A stretch of DNA of 64,000 bases, taken from an uncultured Gammaproteobacteria bacterium (GTDB lineage: Bacteria; Patescibacteriota; Patescibacteriia; UBA10025; JAHIVO01). The notes beneath the pieces are model-generated. The model ran no database searches. It saw nothing but the letters and a program-made list of their open reading frames with translations, and was not told the origin of the DNA. Made by a program: the position numbers and the translations under genes. The stretch spans positions 11,825 to 75,824 of the forward strand of contig CAYPXF010000002.1 in assembly GCA_964415025.1 (NCBI GenBank), read 5' to 3'. This document shows, piece by piece, positions 42,771-52,591 of the stretch (the stretch's first letter is position 1; each line of letters starts with the position of its first letter).

Positions 42771-45700
42771 TTAGCCTTTCCAACGATCCTCACAAATATC
42801 CCGGAAATCGCATGAATTGCACCAAAATCCCGGCGTGGCCGAAAAATCACTGACACGGATCTTAGCTACTACTTCTTCTAAATTATTTTTGACCTGCTCC
42901 AGGTGCTTTTCCTCGGCAGTAAAAGACAGCTTTTTATTCTTTTCAACATAGTAATAGCTTAAGAGGACGGGTTTTAATTGTAGCACATGACGAGCCGCGT
43001 AGTCATAGATCAGCAGCTGTTCCTTATCATTAGCCGCCAGCTTGCCGGATTTAGGCATTTTCCCGGTTTTATAATCTATTATTTCAACTTCTTTGTCTTT
43101 CCCGGCCGGGTCGATTCTATCGATCACGCCTTTGAAAACAGATTTAGCGAGTTTTATGTTGAACGGCTGTTCCAGGTACAGCGGTATGGGCCAGTTGTCC
43201 TTATGCGCTTCGTAGAATTCAACCAGTGACTGCTTGCCCTTGGCATAGTATTCTTCCATGTGCTGTTTGGAGAGGTACCAGTCGTCAATAAAATTCTGAT
43301 CGTACAGCTTTAACAAGTCGTCCAGGCTCGGTTTGATCGTACTTGCCCGCTTGGTATCTCGCTTACTCGCGACATTACCAAATAAATTTTCTTGCTGGGA
43401 AGAACCCTTTTCTTGTATAAGCTTAAAGAATTGAAATAACGTATTATGGATGGATTTTCCAAAGCTGAAGGTGTGGCGGCCTTCTACCGGCACTCGCAGA
43501 ATATGCGCGTATTTAAACTGCTTAGGGCACGTGGTGAACGCGCGCACCTGGGTATAGCTTGATTTGCCGGGGATGGCCTGCTGCAGCATGTCGAGCTCCC
43601 TGATCTCCTGCTGTTTGGATGCCGGCGGCTGGAGCTGATCGGCCATGTCTGCCTCTTCGGCCCCGGGCTTTTTTTCGAAGCCAAGCTCGATCAGGAAACG
43701 GGAAGGTTTTTTGGCACGGGCGCCGCCATAGTCTTCGGCAGACGTGAAAAACACCCCGTCCCTGGCCCGGGTCATGGCCACGTAAAACAGGCGGCGTTCT
43801 TCCTCGAGATGGATGTCGCCTTCGGGGATAATCTCCTTGACCAGCTCGTCCGGCAGGGCAATCGGCTCTTTGCGCTTGATCGACGGAAAACGCTTATCGA
43901 CTAAGCTCACGATAAACACGTACGGAAATTCTAACCCCTTAGCCCCGTGCACCGTCATAATGCGCACGGCTTCCGGCCCCTCTTCCATTTGCTGGCGCAA
44001 CGAGCCCCGCTCGCCTGCCGCCTTGGCCTGGTCCAGCTGATACAGAAAATGTTTGACGGTGGCATCCTCCTCGACCGCCTCAAACTGCTCGATCTCCCGG
44101 AAAAACTGGTTCAGATGGATTATTTTTTCGAAATTTTCTGGTGTATCTTTCTGGGTGATATGCTTGAGATATCCTGAATCCTTCATAAACCGCAGGGCCA
44201 GCGGCAGGGCGCCCTTGGCGCGCGCCAGCTGGGTATGCTTTTCGATCATACTGCGAATTTTGTCCAAAGCCTGGTGCATTTCCTGGGGCAGGCCCGGAAT
44301 AGCCCGTGACTGCTGGACTGCTTCCCACAGGGACATACTTTTGCGCCTGGCATAGTTTGACAGCCGCATCAGCCCGTCAGCCGGCATGTTCCAGTGGGGC
44401 AGGTTCAGCACCCGCCACAGGGCCGGCGATTCATGGTAATTATCCAGCATTTTGAGATACGAAACGACATCCATTATCTCCGGCTGGTAATACAGGCCGG
44501 ATGAAGCCAGGAAATGGTGCGGTATGTCATAGCGAGACAGGGCGGTGATAAATTCCTGGGCATAGTTATTAGCCCGCACCAGAATAGCAAAGTCGCTCCA
44601 TAATAATTTTTTGTCTTTTTTCTTCAGCTCGATGATTTTCTTGACCACGCCCGCGGTTTCCTCGGTATGCGATTTGAAATGCAGATGGTGGATAATCCCT
44701 TCATCACCCACGTGTGATTGTAATTTTTTGGAAATTTTACTTTCCAGGGGAGCGCCCTTGTCCCCGATCTGGCCGTTGGACAGTTGGTATTCCAGGCGGT
44801 TGGGATCGTTTTGTTTGATAAATTTATAGGCCATGTCCAGAATATTCTGTTTGGTGCGGTAGTTTTCCGTGAGCACGATTTCTCTGGACTGGGGAAAATC
44901 TTTTTTAAACTCGAGAATATTAGAGATAGCCGCGCCGCGGAATTTGTAGATAGAATTGTGCACTACTACATCATCAGCAATATAATTATGGGTACGCTCT
45001 ATTTCCAGGTCATATACCGCTTGTTTTTTCTTATGTTCAGATTTTTTTATAACTCGTTCATACTCGATATTGTGGCCGCATTTTACCGGAATAAAATGTC
45101 CAGGCAATACATTACCAGCCGGCATGACCAGAGCTGGCCGGTGCTGGTACTCAATCCGGCCTGCAGTGAACCTATTTTCGACAATACCGCCGGTGATGCG
45201 CCGTAATGTGTTGCATATCTGCCCTGCTTTCCTGATGTCGCTTGTCTGTATACGGAGCCGGTAACCTTTTTTACTGGGAGTAAGCTGATAACCGGCCTGT
45301 TTTATTTTCTGGAGAATAAATGTATCTGATGTTTCGATAGTTACCGCATGAGCAATAGCTGGATACTTCATAACAGGGCGTTTATTTTTAACATGATCTT
45401 TGCTGCGGTACTTCCGGTAACACATGTCTAGATATATTTTCACTCGGGATTTTCCGCCCCGTTTAACCCCTTGGAGCGCATAATGATATGCCTCCAAATC
45501 AATGTCTAAATCAGCTGCCAGATGCCGTACTGCCTGTTCTGTATCTATTTCATGGTATAGTTTTTCAAGCCATGAGTCAGTAATAGCTGCGCCGTCCCTT
45601 TTCTGGAAACAGACTGACGGAATACCATACCGCAACGCATAGTATACTTCCCAATACCGCGCTTCCTGTTCTGTAGTATACGCACTAATACCGATAATAT

Positions 45701-46886
45701 AATCAGCAGACCGTTCCAGCCGCAGCCGGCTGGCTATGTCATTTGTAATACCGATCCGCCAGCCAAATCCGGTTCGGTACATCAAATACACGTAATAACA
45801 AACATGCTGTGTATCTTTGCGCGGGACGTAACAAAAAAACTTGTGATTTGCCGTTGCAGTAATGCGTTTGCCTGATGTGGTAGTAAGTGTTACCAGTTTC
45901 GCATGTTTAGTATTTTTCATAACACGAGCAACCCTAGAAACGCCTATATGACCTTTACCCACGGCAGTCAATACCCTATCCCCTTTTTCGACCCGATCAA
46001 TGCGCCTGAGGCCTTGTTCCAGCTGGATTGTTGAATTACCGGGGAGGCACTGGTCGTCGTCGCCAACTACTGTCACGTTGTTGGTCGGCGCGGCCAGCAT
46101 TTTGACTAATTCGTACTGGGCGTAATTCGTGTCCTGGAATTCATCGACCAGGATGTATTTAAATTGCCCTTGATATTTTTTCAAAATCCTTGGCCGGGTT
46201 TTGAAAAGTTTGATAGTATACAAAATCAAATCACCGAAATCCAAAGCGCTTTTGTCCAGTAATAACTGCTGGTAGGTGTGGTACGCGTTAGCTACTTCGA
46301 TCATACGTTGGTCTTCGGAAATCTCATCGTCATCGTCTCCTTTTTTCTTCAGGAACTTATCGTCATCCCTGTCCAGCTGGATTTTTTTAGCGTACTCAAT
46401 GTATTCGTCAGGCATGATACCCTCGTCCTTGACCCGGGAAAAGTGCCGGACTAGCGCCTGGATAAACTTGGTCGGATTGCCGAGCGGCCGGTAGTAATCC
46501 AGATCAAACGCGTCGAAGTTTTGGCGTACCAACAGCATTTGTTCGGTCTCATCCAGTAAAGTATAATCCGGCGGCAAACCGATCTCCAGAGCATTATCGC
46601 CCAGGATACGGTCGCAAAACGCGTGAAACGTAGACACCCACAGATCCACATACCCATACGGCAGGAGCACATCCACCCGCTCCTCCATTTCACCGGCGGC
46701 TTTTTCTGTAAACGTCAAGGCCAGGATATTATCGGTGCTGATTTTTTGCTCAATGATAAGCCAGGCCAAACGCTGGGTAATGACCGTGGTCTTGCCCGTA
46801 CCCGCTCCGGCCACTATTAAGAGAGGTCCTTTGCCAAACTGGACGGCCTTTTTTTGCGCGTCATTGAGATTACCGGCAATATTCAT
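42771..46886 (-). CDS. UvrD/PcrA-like SF1A helicase with C-terminal PD-(D/E)XK nuclease (AdnB-like), intein-containing
   Basis: AGAGTGKT, VDEFQD, GDDDQ|...|SIYKFRGA, TVHGAKGLEF, EERRLFYVAMTRA, GVIDRID..IIDYKTG, CNSCDFRDIC. Confidence 0.95.
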   Translation of the reverse strand: MNIAGNLNDAQKKAVQFGKGPLLIVAGAGTGKTTVITQRLAWLIIEQKISTDNILALTFTEKAAGEMEERVDVLLPYGYVDLWVSTFHAFCDRILGDNALEIGLPPDYTLLDETEQMLLVRQNFDAFDLDYYRPLGNPTKFIQALVRHFSRVKDEGIMPDEYIEYAKKIQLDRDDDKFLKKKGDDDDEISEDQRMIEVANAYHTYQQLLLDKSALDFGDLILYTIKLFKTRPRILKKYQGQFKYILVDEFQDTNYAQYELVKMLAAPTNNVTVVGDDDQCLPGNSTIQLEQGLRRIDRVEKGDRVLTAVGKGHIGVSRVARVMKNTKHAKLVTLTTTSGKRITATANHKFFCYVPRKDTQHVCYYVYLMYRTGFGWRIGITNDIASRLRLERSADYIIGISAYTTEQEARYWEVYYALRYGIPSVCFQKRDGAAITDSWLEKLYHEIDTEQAVRHLAADLDIDLEAYHYALQGVKRGGKSRVKIYLDMCYRKYRSKDHVKNKRPVMKYPAIAHAVTIETSDTFILQKIKQAGYQLTPSKKGYRLRIQTSDIRKAGQICNTLRRITGGIVENRFTAGRIEYQHRPALVMPAGNVLPGHFIPVKCGHNIEYERVIKKSEHKKKQAVYDLEIERTHNYIADDVVVHNSIYKFRGAAISNILEFKKDFPQSREIVLTENYRTKQNILDMAYKFIKQNDPNRLEYQLSNGQIGDKGAPLESKISKKLQSHVGDEGIIHHLHFKSHTEETAGVVKKIIELKKKDKKLLWSDFAILVRANNYAQEFITALSRYDIPHHFLASSGLYYQPEIMDVVSYLKMLDNYHESPALWRVLNLPHWNMPADGLMRLSNYARRKSMSLWEAVQQSRAIPGLPQEMHQALDKIRSMIEKHTQLARAKGALPLALRFMKDSGYLKHITQKDTPENFEKIIHLNQFFREIEQFEAVEEDATVKHFLYQLDQAKAAGERGSLRQQMEEGPEAVRIMTVHGAKGLEFPYVFIVSLVDKRFPSIKRKEPIALPDELVKEIIPEGDIHLEEERRLFYVAMTRARDGVFFTSAEDYGGARAKKPSRFLIELGFEKKPGAEEADMADQLQPPASKQQEIRELDMLQQAIPGKSSYTQVRAFTTCPKQFKYAHILRVPVEGRHTFSFGKSIHNTLFQFFKLIQEKGSSQQENLFGNVASKRDTKRASTIKPSLDDLLKLYDQNFIDDWYLSKQHMEEYYAKGKQSLVEFYEAHKDNWPIPLYLEQPFNIKLAKSVFKGVIDRIDPAGKDKEVEIIDYKTGKMPKSGKLAANDKEQLLIYDYAARHVLQLKPVLLSYYYVEKNKKLSFTAEEKHLEQVKNNLEEVVAKIRVSDFSATPGFWCNSCDFRDICEDRWKG
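44955..46049 (-). mobile_element. 365-aa intein in helicase motif III
   Basis: Begins CLPGNSTI, block B TATANHKF, ends VYDLEIERTHNYIADDVVVHN, +1 Ser. Confidence 0.95.
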
Positions 46887-46990
46887 GATGGTATTGTAGC
46901 ATACAAAAAGCATTGACAAAAAGTTTATTAGCACGCTCCAATGTATCAATACTAAAATAGTATTTTGTTTTCTTACATAAAAAAGAAACG

Positions 46991-47224
46991 ATGGATGCCT
47001 TTATCCAAGCATGTGCCAGTGAACCAGGTGCCCGAGAAGCAGCGCAAACAAGGACGCACATCACGGCCGTGTACCCGATAGATGACTACAAATGCGGCGC
47101 CATCACTGATGATGAGTCAGTTCTAGAACGCATGAGCTCATGCCCGGGATTTTATAAGTGGAGCAATCAGGACGGTCTGCACTTGGCAGAGTTTGCCCCC
47201 CTGTCTACGGTAATGCCGCTGTAG
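46991..47224 (+). CDS. Orphan hypothetical ORF (possibly truncated by TAG)
   Basis: 77-aa ORF; frame stays open for about 25 codons past the TAG; terminator 47323-47354. Confidence 0.35.
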   Translation: MDAFIQACASEPGAREAAQTRTHITAVYPIDDYKCGAITDDESVLERMSSCPGFYKWSNQDGLHLAEFAPLSTVMPL

Positions 47225-47370
47225 CAGGTATCGGGGGCCGCTTATTTACCCAATATGCCGTCAGATGACTATAATCAGGATCCGATTATCCACACAGACT
47301 GAAGCACTGCTCCTTAGCAAAGCAAAACGCACTCTTTTGATTGAGTGCGTTTTTTATTACTGTAAACTGT

Positions 47371-47769
47371 TTATTCCGTGGTCTGGCCGTCGAATTCCGG
47401 TTCGCTAGCCTCGGCCTCTTCTTTTGTCTTCCGTACTACGCCGTCTTTATGGTGGGCCGGTGAATAAATCGTGTACAGCTTGAGCATGTCGGCATCCGAC
47501 GTATTGACGACATTATGTTCACTGCCGGCCGGCACTACGATAGCACTGCCGTCGCCGACCTCGTATTCATTGCCGTCGATAATAACTTTACCCTGGCCTG
47601 CTTCGAACCGGAAAAACTGGTCGTTTTCGCCGTGCACTTCCATGCCGATCTCACTGTCCGGGGCAATGGCCATCAGCACCAGCTGGCTGTGCTTGGCCGT
47701 GTAGAGTACTTTGCGGAAATTGTCGTTTTCCACTGTCGCTTTTTCAATGTTGTCATGAAATCCTTTCAT
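47371..47769 (-). CDS. Cupin domain protein
   Basis: NFRKVLYT..HSQLVLM, EVH..DQFFRFE, VPAGSEHNV, YSPAHH. Confidence 0.92.
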   Translation of the reverse strand: MKGFHDNIEKATVENDNFRKVLYTAKHSQLVLMAIAPDSEIGMEVHGENDQFFRFEAGQGKVIIDGNEYEVGDGSAIVVPAGSEHNVVNTSDADMLKLYTIYSPAHHKDGVVRKTKEEAEASEPEFDGQTTE

Positions 47770-47965
47770 ACGTTTTGTGGTTTAATGATTTTTCATATTT
47801 ATCATACCAATGCGCTGACACCTTGACAAATCGTGCATTATTTTTCCAGCATATACATATTTCTTATAATCGCTGTGATGCTGTTTGACAAATATATTCT
47901 ACATAGTAACTTACATATTAGTACCTAAAAAATCTTTTACCTGCATTTTCAAGGAGGGATACAGC

Positions 47966-48346
47966 ATGAAATTCGTGATTGAGGCCGGCGCCATGTTACT
48001 GGATACGCTAGAAAACCAGGATAAAGAAATCGTGCATATCCAGTACGATATTGTTACCAGAAATACTCCGGCGACTACTTACCGCTGGTTATACAGCCGT
48101 TGGACATATACGATTATTGGTTTTGCCGATCCCAGAGTGAAGGATATGGATATTGAGGTTTATAAGCTGGTTGACACTATGTGGATACCAATAGCCAATG
48201 ATACGCTAAGGAATAAACTCCCTATGGTCGAAATCACTCCGGGTTCTGCGGCGCTTTATAAAATTATCGTCAGCGCGTACGAATTCATCGAGCCCTTTGT
48301 GGCAGCACATTACGGACTGATAGTTTATCACGTCAAGCCAGATTGA
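47966..48346 (+). CDS. Orphan beta-sandwich-like protein
   Basis: SD AAGGAGG; DMDIEVY...P.V.ITP...LYKIIV resembles PPC-like domains. Confidence 0.6.
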   Translation: MKFVIEAGAMLLDTLENQDKEIVHIQYDIVTRNTPATTYRWLYSRWTYTIIGFADPRVKDMDIEVYKLVDTMWIPIANDTLRNKLPMVEITPGSAALYKIIVSAYEFIEPFVAAHYGLIVYHVKPD

Positions 48347-48439
48347 TAAATCCGGCGCCAGCGTTATGCGCCTCCTTGTGTGATAATCCTGTCCATCAAA
48401 TGCTCGCAGTTTATGGTACTACTATGACTGTGGGCTTTT

Positions 48440-48826
48440 TTATGTGCGCATAAATTCACCCGGCGTGTGTACCGTAATCGGCAGCTGGCTCCGTACGTCG
48501 AGTATATGGCGGTCGTTACTAATAATCGGCGCGCCGGTTGCCTTCGCTAGGGCGGCAAACTTCCGGTCGTCTGGATCCTTGATCAGGCTGAACGCCTTCT
48601 CGTTTGTCGGTCCGGTGAACTCCTGATCTGGCTTAAAAAGGTCAGCAATATCTTCCCAGTCAAGCGGCGGGATTTGGTTGAGCAACTTCTTAGTCTCGCG
48701 TTTGGTTTTTTGGTTCCAAATCAACCAGTGCTCTCCTTTCCGCGCAGCCTGTACAACACGGGCCGAACTGCTGTGCCGGTTAAATTCCGCGGCGATAAAT
48801 ATGTTGGTATCGAGGATGAGTTGCAT
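48440..48826 (-). CDS. PIN domain protein
   Basis: LILDTNIFIAA, DPDDRKF, IISNDRHIL. Confidence 0.88.
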   Translation of the reverse strand: MQLILDTNIFIAAEFNRHSSSARVVQAARKGEHWLIWNQKTKRETKKLLNQIPPLDWEDIADLFKPDQEFTGPTNEKAFSLIKDPDDRKFAALAKATGAPIISNDRHILDVRSQLPITVHTPGEFMRT

Positions 48827-48855
48827 AGACTTATTGTACTTCGTATGAATGAATA

Positions 48856-49269
48856 TTAAAATAGTCTCTTGATTTTCTCCTGACTAGCGTATTGATACGG
48901 TAAATGTTTGAATGCTACCGGCAGTCTAGATTTGTCCGGATTCTGGCGGATGTAGTCAATGGTGTTATTCAGGTATGTGTTCGTGGTCATGATGCGCGTG
49001 TAGAAGCGCGACTGCAGACAAGAATGTTTTATGTTGTATTTTACCCTCATTTGTTCGTAGAAATAGGATTTGATGGTATACAGTACATCCGATATGGTGT
49101 ATGGATTGTCTCCCACCGCGGGCCGGGACACACGCGTTGGGAGGTGGTTATGGGATCCTGTTCTCTCCCTCTCCCCATCGCGGGTCTCTGCGCCCGCGAT
49201 GAGCCCGTCAAACGCCGTCGCGTTCATGATTAACAAATGTACGTAGTCCGGCATTATCTGGTATGCCAA
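48856..49269 (-). pseudogene. Degraded IS200-like/REP-associated tyrosine transposase (RAYT)
   Basis: IMPDYVHLL (first HUH His changed to Tyr), Q.RFY.RI, YIRQNP; N-terminus missing. Confidence 0.75.
49115..49200. repeat. Inverted pair of REP-like hairpins inside the RAYT relic
   Basis: ACCGCGGGCCGGGACACACGCGTTGGG and reverse-oriented ATCGCGGGCGCAGAGACCCGCGATGGG. Confidence 0.65.
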
Positions 49270-49582
49270 ACTATTGCAGCAAACAAAACCGCCACGTAGT
49301 TTACGTGACGGCCTGTAATAAAGAGCGTTTAGTTAATTATCATACAGTGAACATGCACTGTATTGCATTGATAATGCTATCAGCTCTCCTCCGTAACAGT
49401 CAAAACGTGCATTGCAAAATAAAACCCGCCAAACTTATTGTTCAGCGGACTGATCAAACGCGAGCTGGCCCGGGGTAACCGGCTGTTCGTCGCCACATTG
49501 ATGGCAAAACAGGCATTGGGTAGTATAGCCTACCTGCCATGAATCAGTAGCGACCTGCGCGCGTTCGACCTAACTGCAATAA

Positions 49583-49636
49583 GGGTAATGCAGGTACTAC
49601 TTAATTTCTTCAAGCGTACCCTCGACCCAGGCGTCT
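49583..49636. repeat. 54-bp diverged copy of 51915-51968 (inside the PD-(D/E)XK gene)
   Basis: Ungapped alignment, 47/54 identical by hand count. Confidence 0.9.
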
Positions 49637-49653
49637 AATGCCAGGTGGCGAGC

Positions 49654-51021
49654 TCAATCTACCCGATACGGCGCGATAGGCGTATGCCGACTCTTTCCTG
49701 ATTTGGCAAACCGTGCATAGTGCTTGCGTATTATGCGCAATGCTGCCGCGTTGTCTTTGGCCACATAGATATTGTCCGTATCATGCGGACTGATATAGCC
49801 GGCCTTCACCGGATGCTTTTTTATCCAGGCATATAATGCTTCCCACATGTTTCCGATCAGAATAAGGGGAATAGAGCGGACATGCTTTACCTGGGTGAGC
49901 TGCCACGCGTAAAAGAATTCCAGACACGTCCCCACGCCGCCCGGCATGACCACGACCGCGCCCGACAGAGCCATGAAGTAATCCAGCCGGTGCGAAAATT
50001 TATCAAATTCCTTTTTTATTTCCAGATGGCCGTTGTCCTCAATCTCCCAGGGCAGCCTGATCCGCAATCCCATAGAATCTGATTTATTATCCGTGTCACC
50101 GGCCGCGTGCCCGGCGTTGGCGGCCATCATCAGGCCCGGACCGCCGCCGGTCACGATGTCGATATGCTGTTCCCCGATAGCTTTGGCCAGAGCAAACGTC
50201 TGCCGGTACAGGGTGTCGTTTTTCCTGATCCGGGCTGATCCGAATATGGCCACGCGGAATTCACGCTTGTCCAGCTCTTGTCTCATCCTTTTCTCCACCA
50301 CATCATTACGCTCGAGCCATGCTTCGGCTTCGGTAATGATGGCGCGCATCATGCGCACCGATTCGACCGGGTATGTGCCGATAGCCGTCTCTTCAGACAG
50401 CATCACCGCGTGCGAGCCGTCAAACACCGCCGTAGCCACGTCATTGACCTCGGCGCGAGTGGGCTGCTTGCGGGCAGTCATGGAAAGTAGCATTTCCGTG
50501 GCCGTGATGACGAGCTTTTGTTTGATCAGCGATTTCTTGGTAAATTCTTTTTGCAGGGCCGGCACTTCCGGCAATGTAACAGCATTGCCCAAATCACCGC
50601 GCGCGATCATAATGCCGTCGGCAGCGTCCAGGATCGCATCAAAATTTCTAACCCCGGCGCTGGTTTCAATTTTGGCGATGACAAAACACCCGGGCAGGGC
50701 GTGGCGCACCGCCGCGATCTGATCCGGGCGCTCGGTGAAGGACAGAGCGATGTATTTGATCTTATGGTTGCGGGCATACGTTAGCGTGTCCAGCTCCTTG
50801 ATATCCAGCATCACGCGGATCTTATTCCTGGTCTGCACCTGCTTCAGATTGCGCAGAATGCGGTCGTATTGCCGGCTATCCCCGTATGCCGTGTTGATAC
50901 GGATAAAATCAATGCCTTCCCGCGCCATTGCCCGGAAAACTCCGAGCTGCAGACTGGCCGGTCCAATAGTGGCGATTATTTTTGTTTTGATCTGCCGCCG
51001 CGCCTTTATTGATTTTTTCAT
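49654..51021 (-). CDS. Fusion of a pyruvate kinase barrel (no B or C domain) and a LOG-family nucleotide hydrolase
   Basis: TKIIATIGPAS, IAKIE, DGIMIARGDLG, ATEMLLSM, PTRAEVNDV, VMLSEETAIG; then AIFGSAR, TGGGPGLM, PGGVGTCLE. Confidence 0.9.
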   Translation of the reverse strand: MKKSIKARRQIKTKIIATIGPASLQLGVFRAMAREGIDFIRINTAYGDSRQYDRILRNLKQVQTRNKIRVMLDIKELDTLTYARNHKIKYIALSFTERPDQIAAVRHALPGCFVIAKIETSAGVRNFDAILDAADGIMIARGDLGNAVTLPEVPALQKEFTKKSLIKQKLVITATEMLLSMTARKQPTRAEVNDVATAVFDGSHAVMLSEETAIGTYPVESVRMMRAIITEAEAWLERNDVVEKRMRQELDKREFRVAIFGSARIRKNDTLYRQTFALAKAIGEQHIDIVTGGGPGLMMAANAGHAAGDTDNKSDSMGLRIRLPWEIEDNGHLEIKKEFDKFSHRLDYFMALSGAVVVMPGGVGTCLEFFYAWQLTQVKHVRSIPLILIGNMWEALYAWIKKHPVKAGYISPHDTDNIYVAKDNAAALRIIRKHYARFAKSGKSRHTPIAPYRVD

Positions 51022-51114
51022 GACTTTAGTATACCAAAACCCCGCCCGCCGCACGAGCCACGCTCCCGAGGTGATACCGGCGGAATGGATTATAAAGATT
51101 AATATTAGCAGCAG

Positions 51115-51693
51115 TTAAAATTTTTTTTCTGCTGTGGAGACTATTTTTGAATATTCATTAACTATCCCGCTCTGCAGACGGGACTGCAGGACGAACAGTA
51201 CTTCCCGATAATACCATTTTTCGGATCCAGGTACGGGTTCAGGCGCATTAAACTGTTTCCAAATAGCGTCCCCGTCCTTTGTATGCCATTTGACTAATGA
51301 TTTTAGATTGACTATTTTATCGGCACAACTAACCATCAGCGCTTCGGCACTGTTTTTCTCAAGCGCTTGAATATATTCCTCTTTTCTTCGACGCCATGTT
51401 GCCTTGCTCTTTTCCCGGCTGTCCGTGGGGTCTTTTTTTTCAGAAACTTCCAAAACAATCATGGCCACGTGGTGACCAAAAGCGCGGGTTAATTTTTCAC
51501 TGGTATAGCCAGCCACATCTTCTAGCGTATCATGCAGCCATCCGGCACAAAGGATATTTTCATCATCTGTATATTTTTGCAATACTTCAACCACGGCTTG
51601 CGGATGGACGATATAAGGCGTTACCCCGTCTTTTCGCAACATGTTCGCGTGGAGCGTTCTGGCCTCATGTTCTGCTTTTTGGACTTTTGACAT
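51115..51693 (-). CDS. HD domain protein (RelA/SpoT hydrolase-like, Mesh1/SAH type)
   Basis: PYIVHP, AGWLHDTLED, EVSE.K, ADKIVNL. Confidence 0.85.
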   Translation of the reverse strand: MSKVQKAEHEARTLHANMLRKDGVTPYIVHPQAVVEVLQKYTDDENILCAGWLHDTLEDVAGYTSEKLTRAFGHHVAMIVLEVSEKKDPTDSREKSKATWRRRKEEYIQALEKNSAEALMVSCADKIVNLKSLVKWHTKDGDAIWKQFNAPEPVPGSEKWYYREVLFVLQSRLQSGIVNEYSKIVSTAEKKF

Positions 51694-51740
51694 AACTGTT
51701 TATACTAATCCACGCTTCTCCTTCTTTTTTTGAAAAAACT

Positions 51741-51798
51741 GCCTTACGCAAATTTGATTGTTTAAGCGCCTCCATATTTTCCGCGGTCCGCTGCTGCA
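51741..51798 (-). pseudogene. 58-bp diverged copy of the HsdS C-terminal conserved region (63294-63351)
   Basis: Ungapped 46/58; QQRTAENMEALKQSNLRKA vs QQQTAEDMKELKQSILQKA. Confidence 0.8.
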
Positions 51799-51838
51799 AT
51801 TTTTGTTATTTTTTGTGGGAATATTTTGGGAAATAGTT

Positions 51839-52591
51839 TTATTTGCTCTTCAGCTTGCCTATTGCCTCGCGGTACGCGCAATAATCACAGTCAGGATCAG
51901 CTTGTGGGACTTTTGGGGAATCCAGGCACTGTTTAATTTCCTCGAGCGTACCCTCGACCCAGGCGTCTGATCCCTGGTGCGGAATCAATGTCACTCTGAA
52001 CTCCAGCCTGGCGTCAAACGCCTCCTTGTCCGCCATGCCATTACAGTATACGAAATACCCGGTGTCCGACACCGTGTACCCGTTCTGGCGCAGCAGCCAC
52101 TGGTATACTTCCATCTGGCGTTTGTATCCGTCCTGCCAGGCCTGATTCAGCTCTTTTATATCATCTTTCTTAGCGGTTGATTTATAATCGACTACGTACA
52201 AATTCTTTTTTTTATCGACCCAGATATCATCGACCGCGCCAGTTATGGTAAATCCGGTTTTCGCATGATCAAACTTCACTCCCTTGAAATTCTCCCGCCA
52301 TTCATCCATATGCACGTTCTGGTACGGGACCAGATCCAGGCCGTATGAATGCAGTAATGGATGCACTTTATTGGCTGCCCGGTGCACGTCAAATTCCGTC
52401 TTGAGCAGGGCATCGACCGCGCTGTTGAGGTTAAAGGGGTATCCTGGCGGCCGTTTTATTCCCAGTTTATTATCGATATAAAAACACCGCGGACACTCGG
52501 TAAACAGATCTATCTTTGACCGGGACAGTTTCCAATGCTTGCCGCCGTAGTTATAGCTTTCTTTTCTCGGGACCTTGTAGTAATCGGACAT
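51839..52591 (-). CDS. PD-(D/E)XK nuclease family protein (Cas4/AddB-like Cys motifs)
   Basis: CPRCFY, GAVDD, VVDYKST, QMEVYQW, CDYC. Confidence 0.88.
   Translation of the reverse strand: MSDYYKVPRKESYNYGGKHWKLSRSKIDLFTECPRCFYIDNKLGIKRPPGYPFNLNSAVDALLKTEFDVHRAANKVHPLLHSYGLDLVPYQNVHMDEWRENFKGVKFDHAKTGFTITGAVDDIWVDKKKNLYVVDYKSTAKKDDIKELNQAWQDGYKRQMEVYQWLLRQNGYTVSDTGYFVYCNGMADKEAFDARLEFRVTLIPHQGSDAWVEGTLEEIKQCLDSPKVPQADPDCDYCAYREAIGKLKSK

Noticed and set aside
51839-52591. Cas4 / CRISPR locus
   Set aside because: No repeat-spacer array or other cas genes; treated as a solo PD-(D/E)XK nuclease
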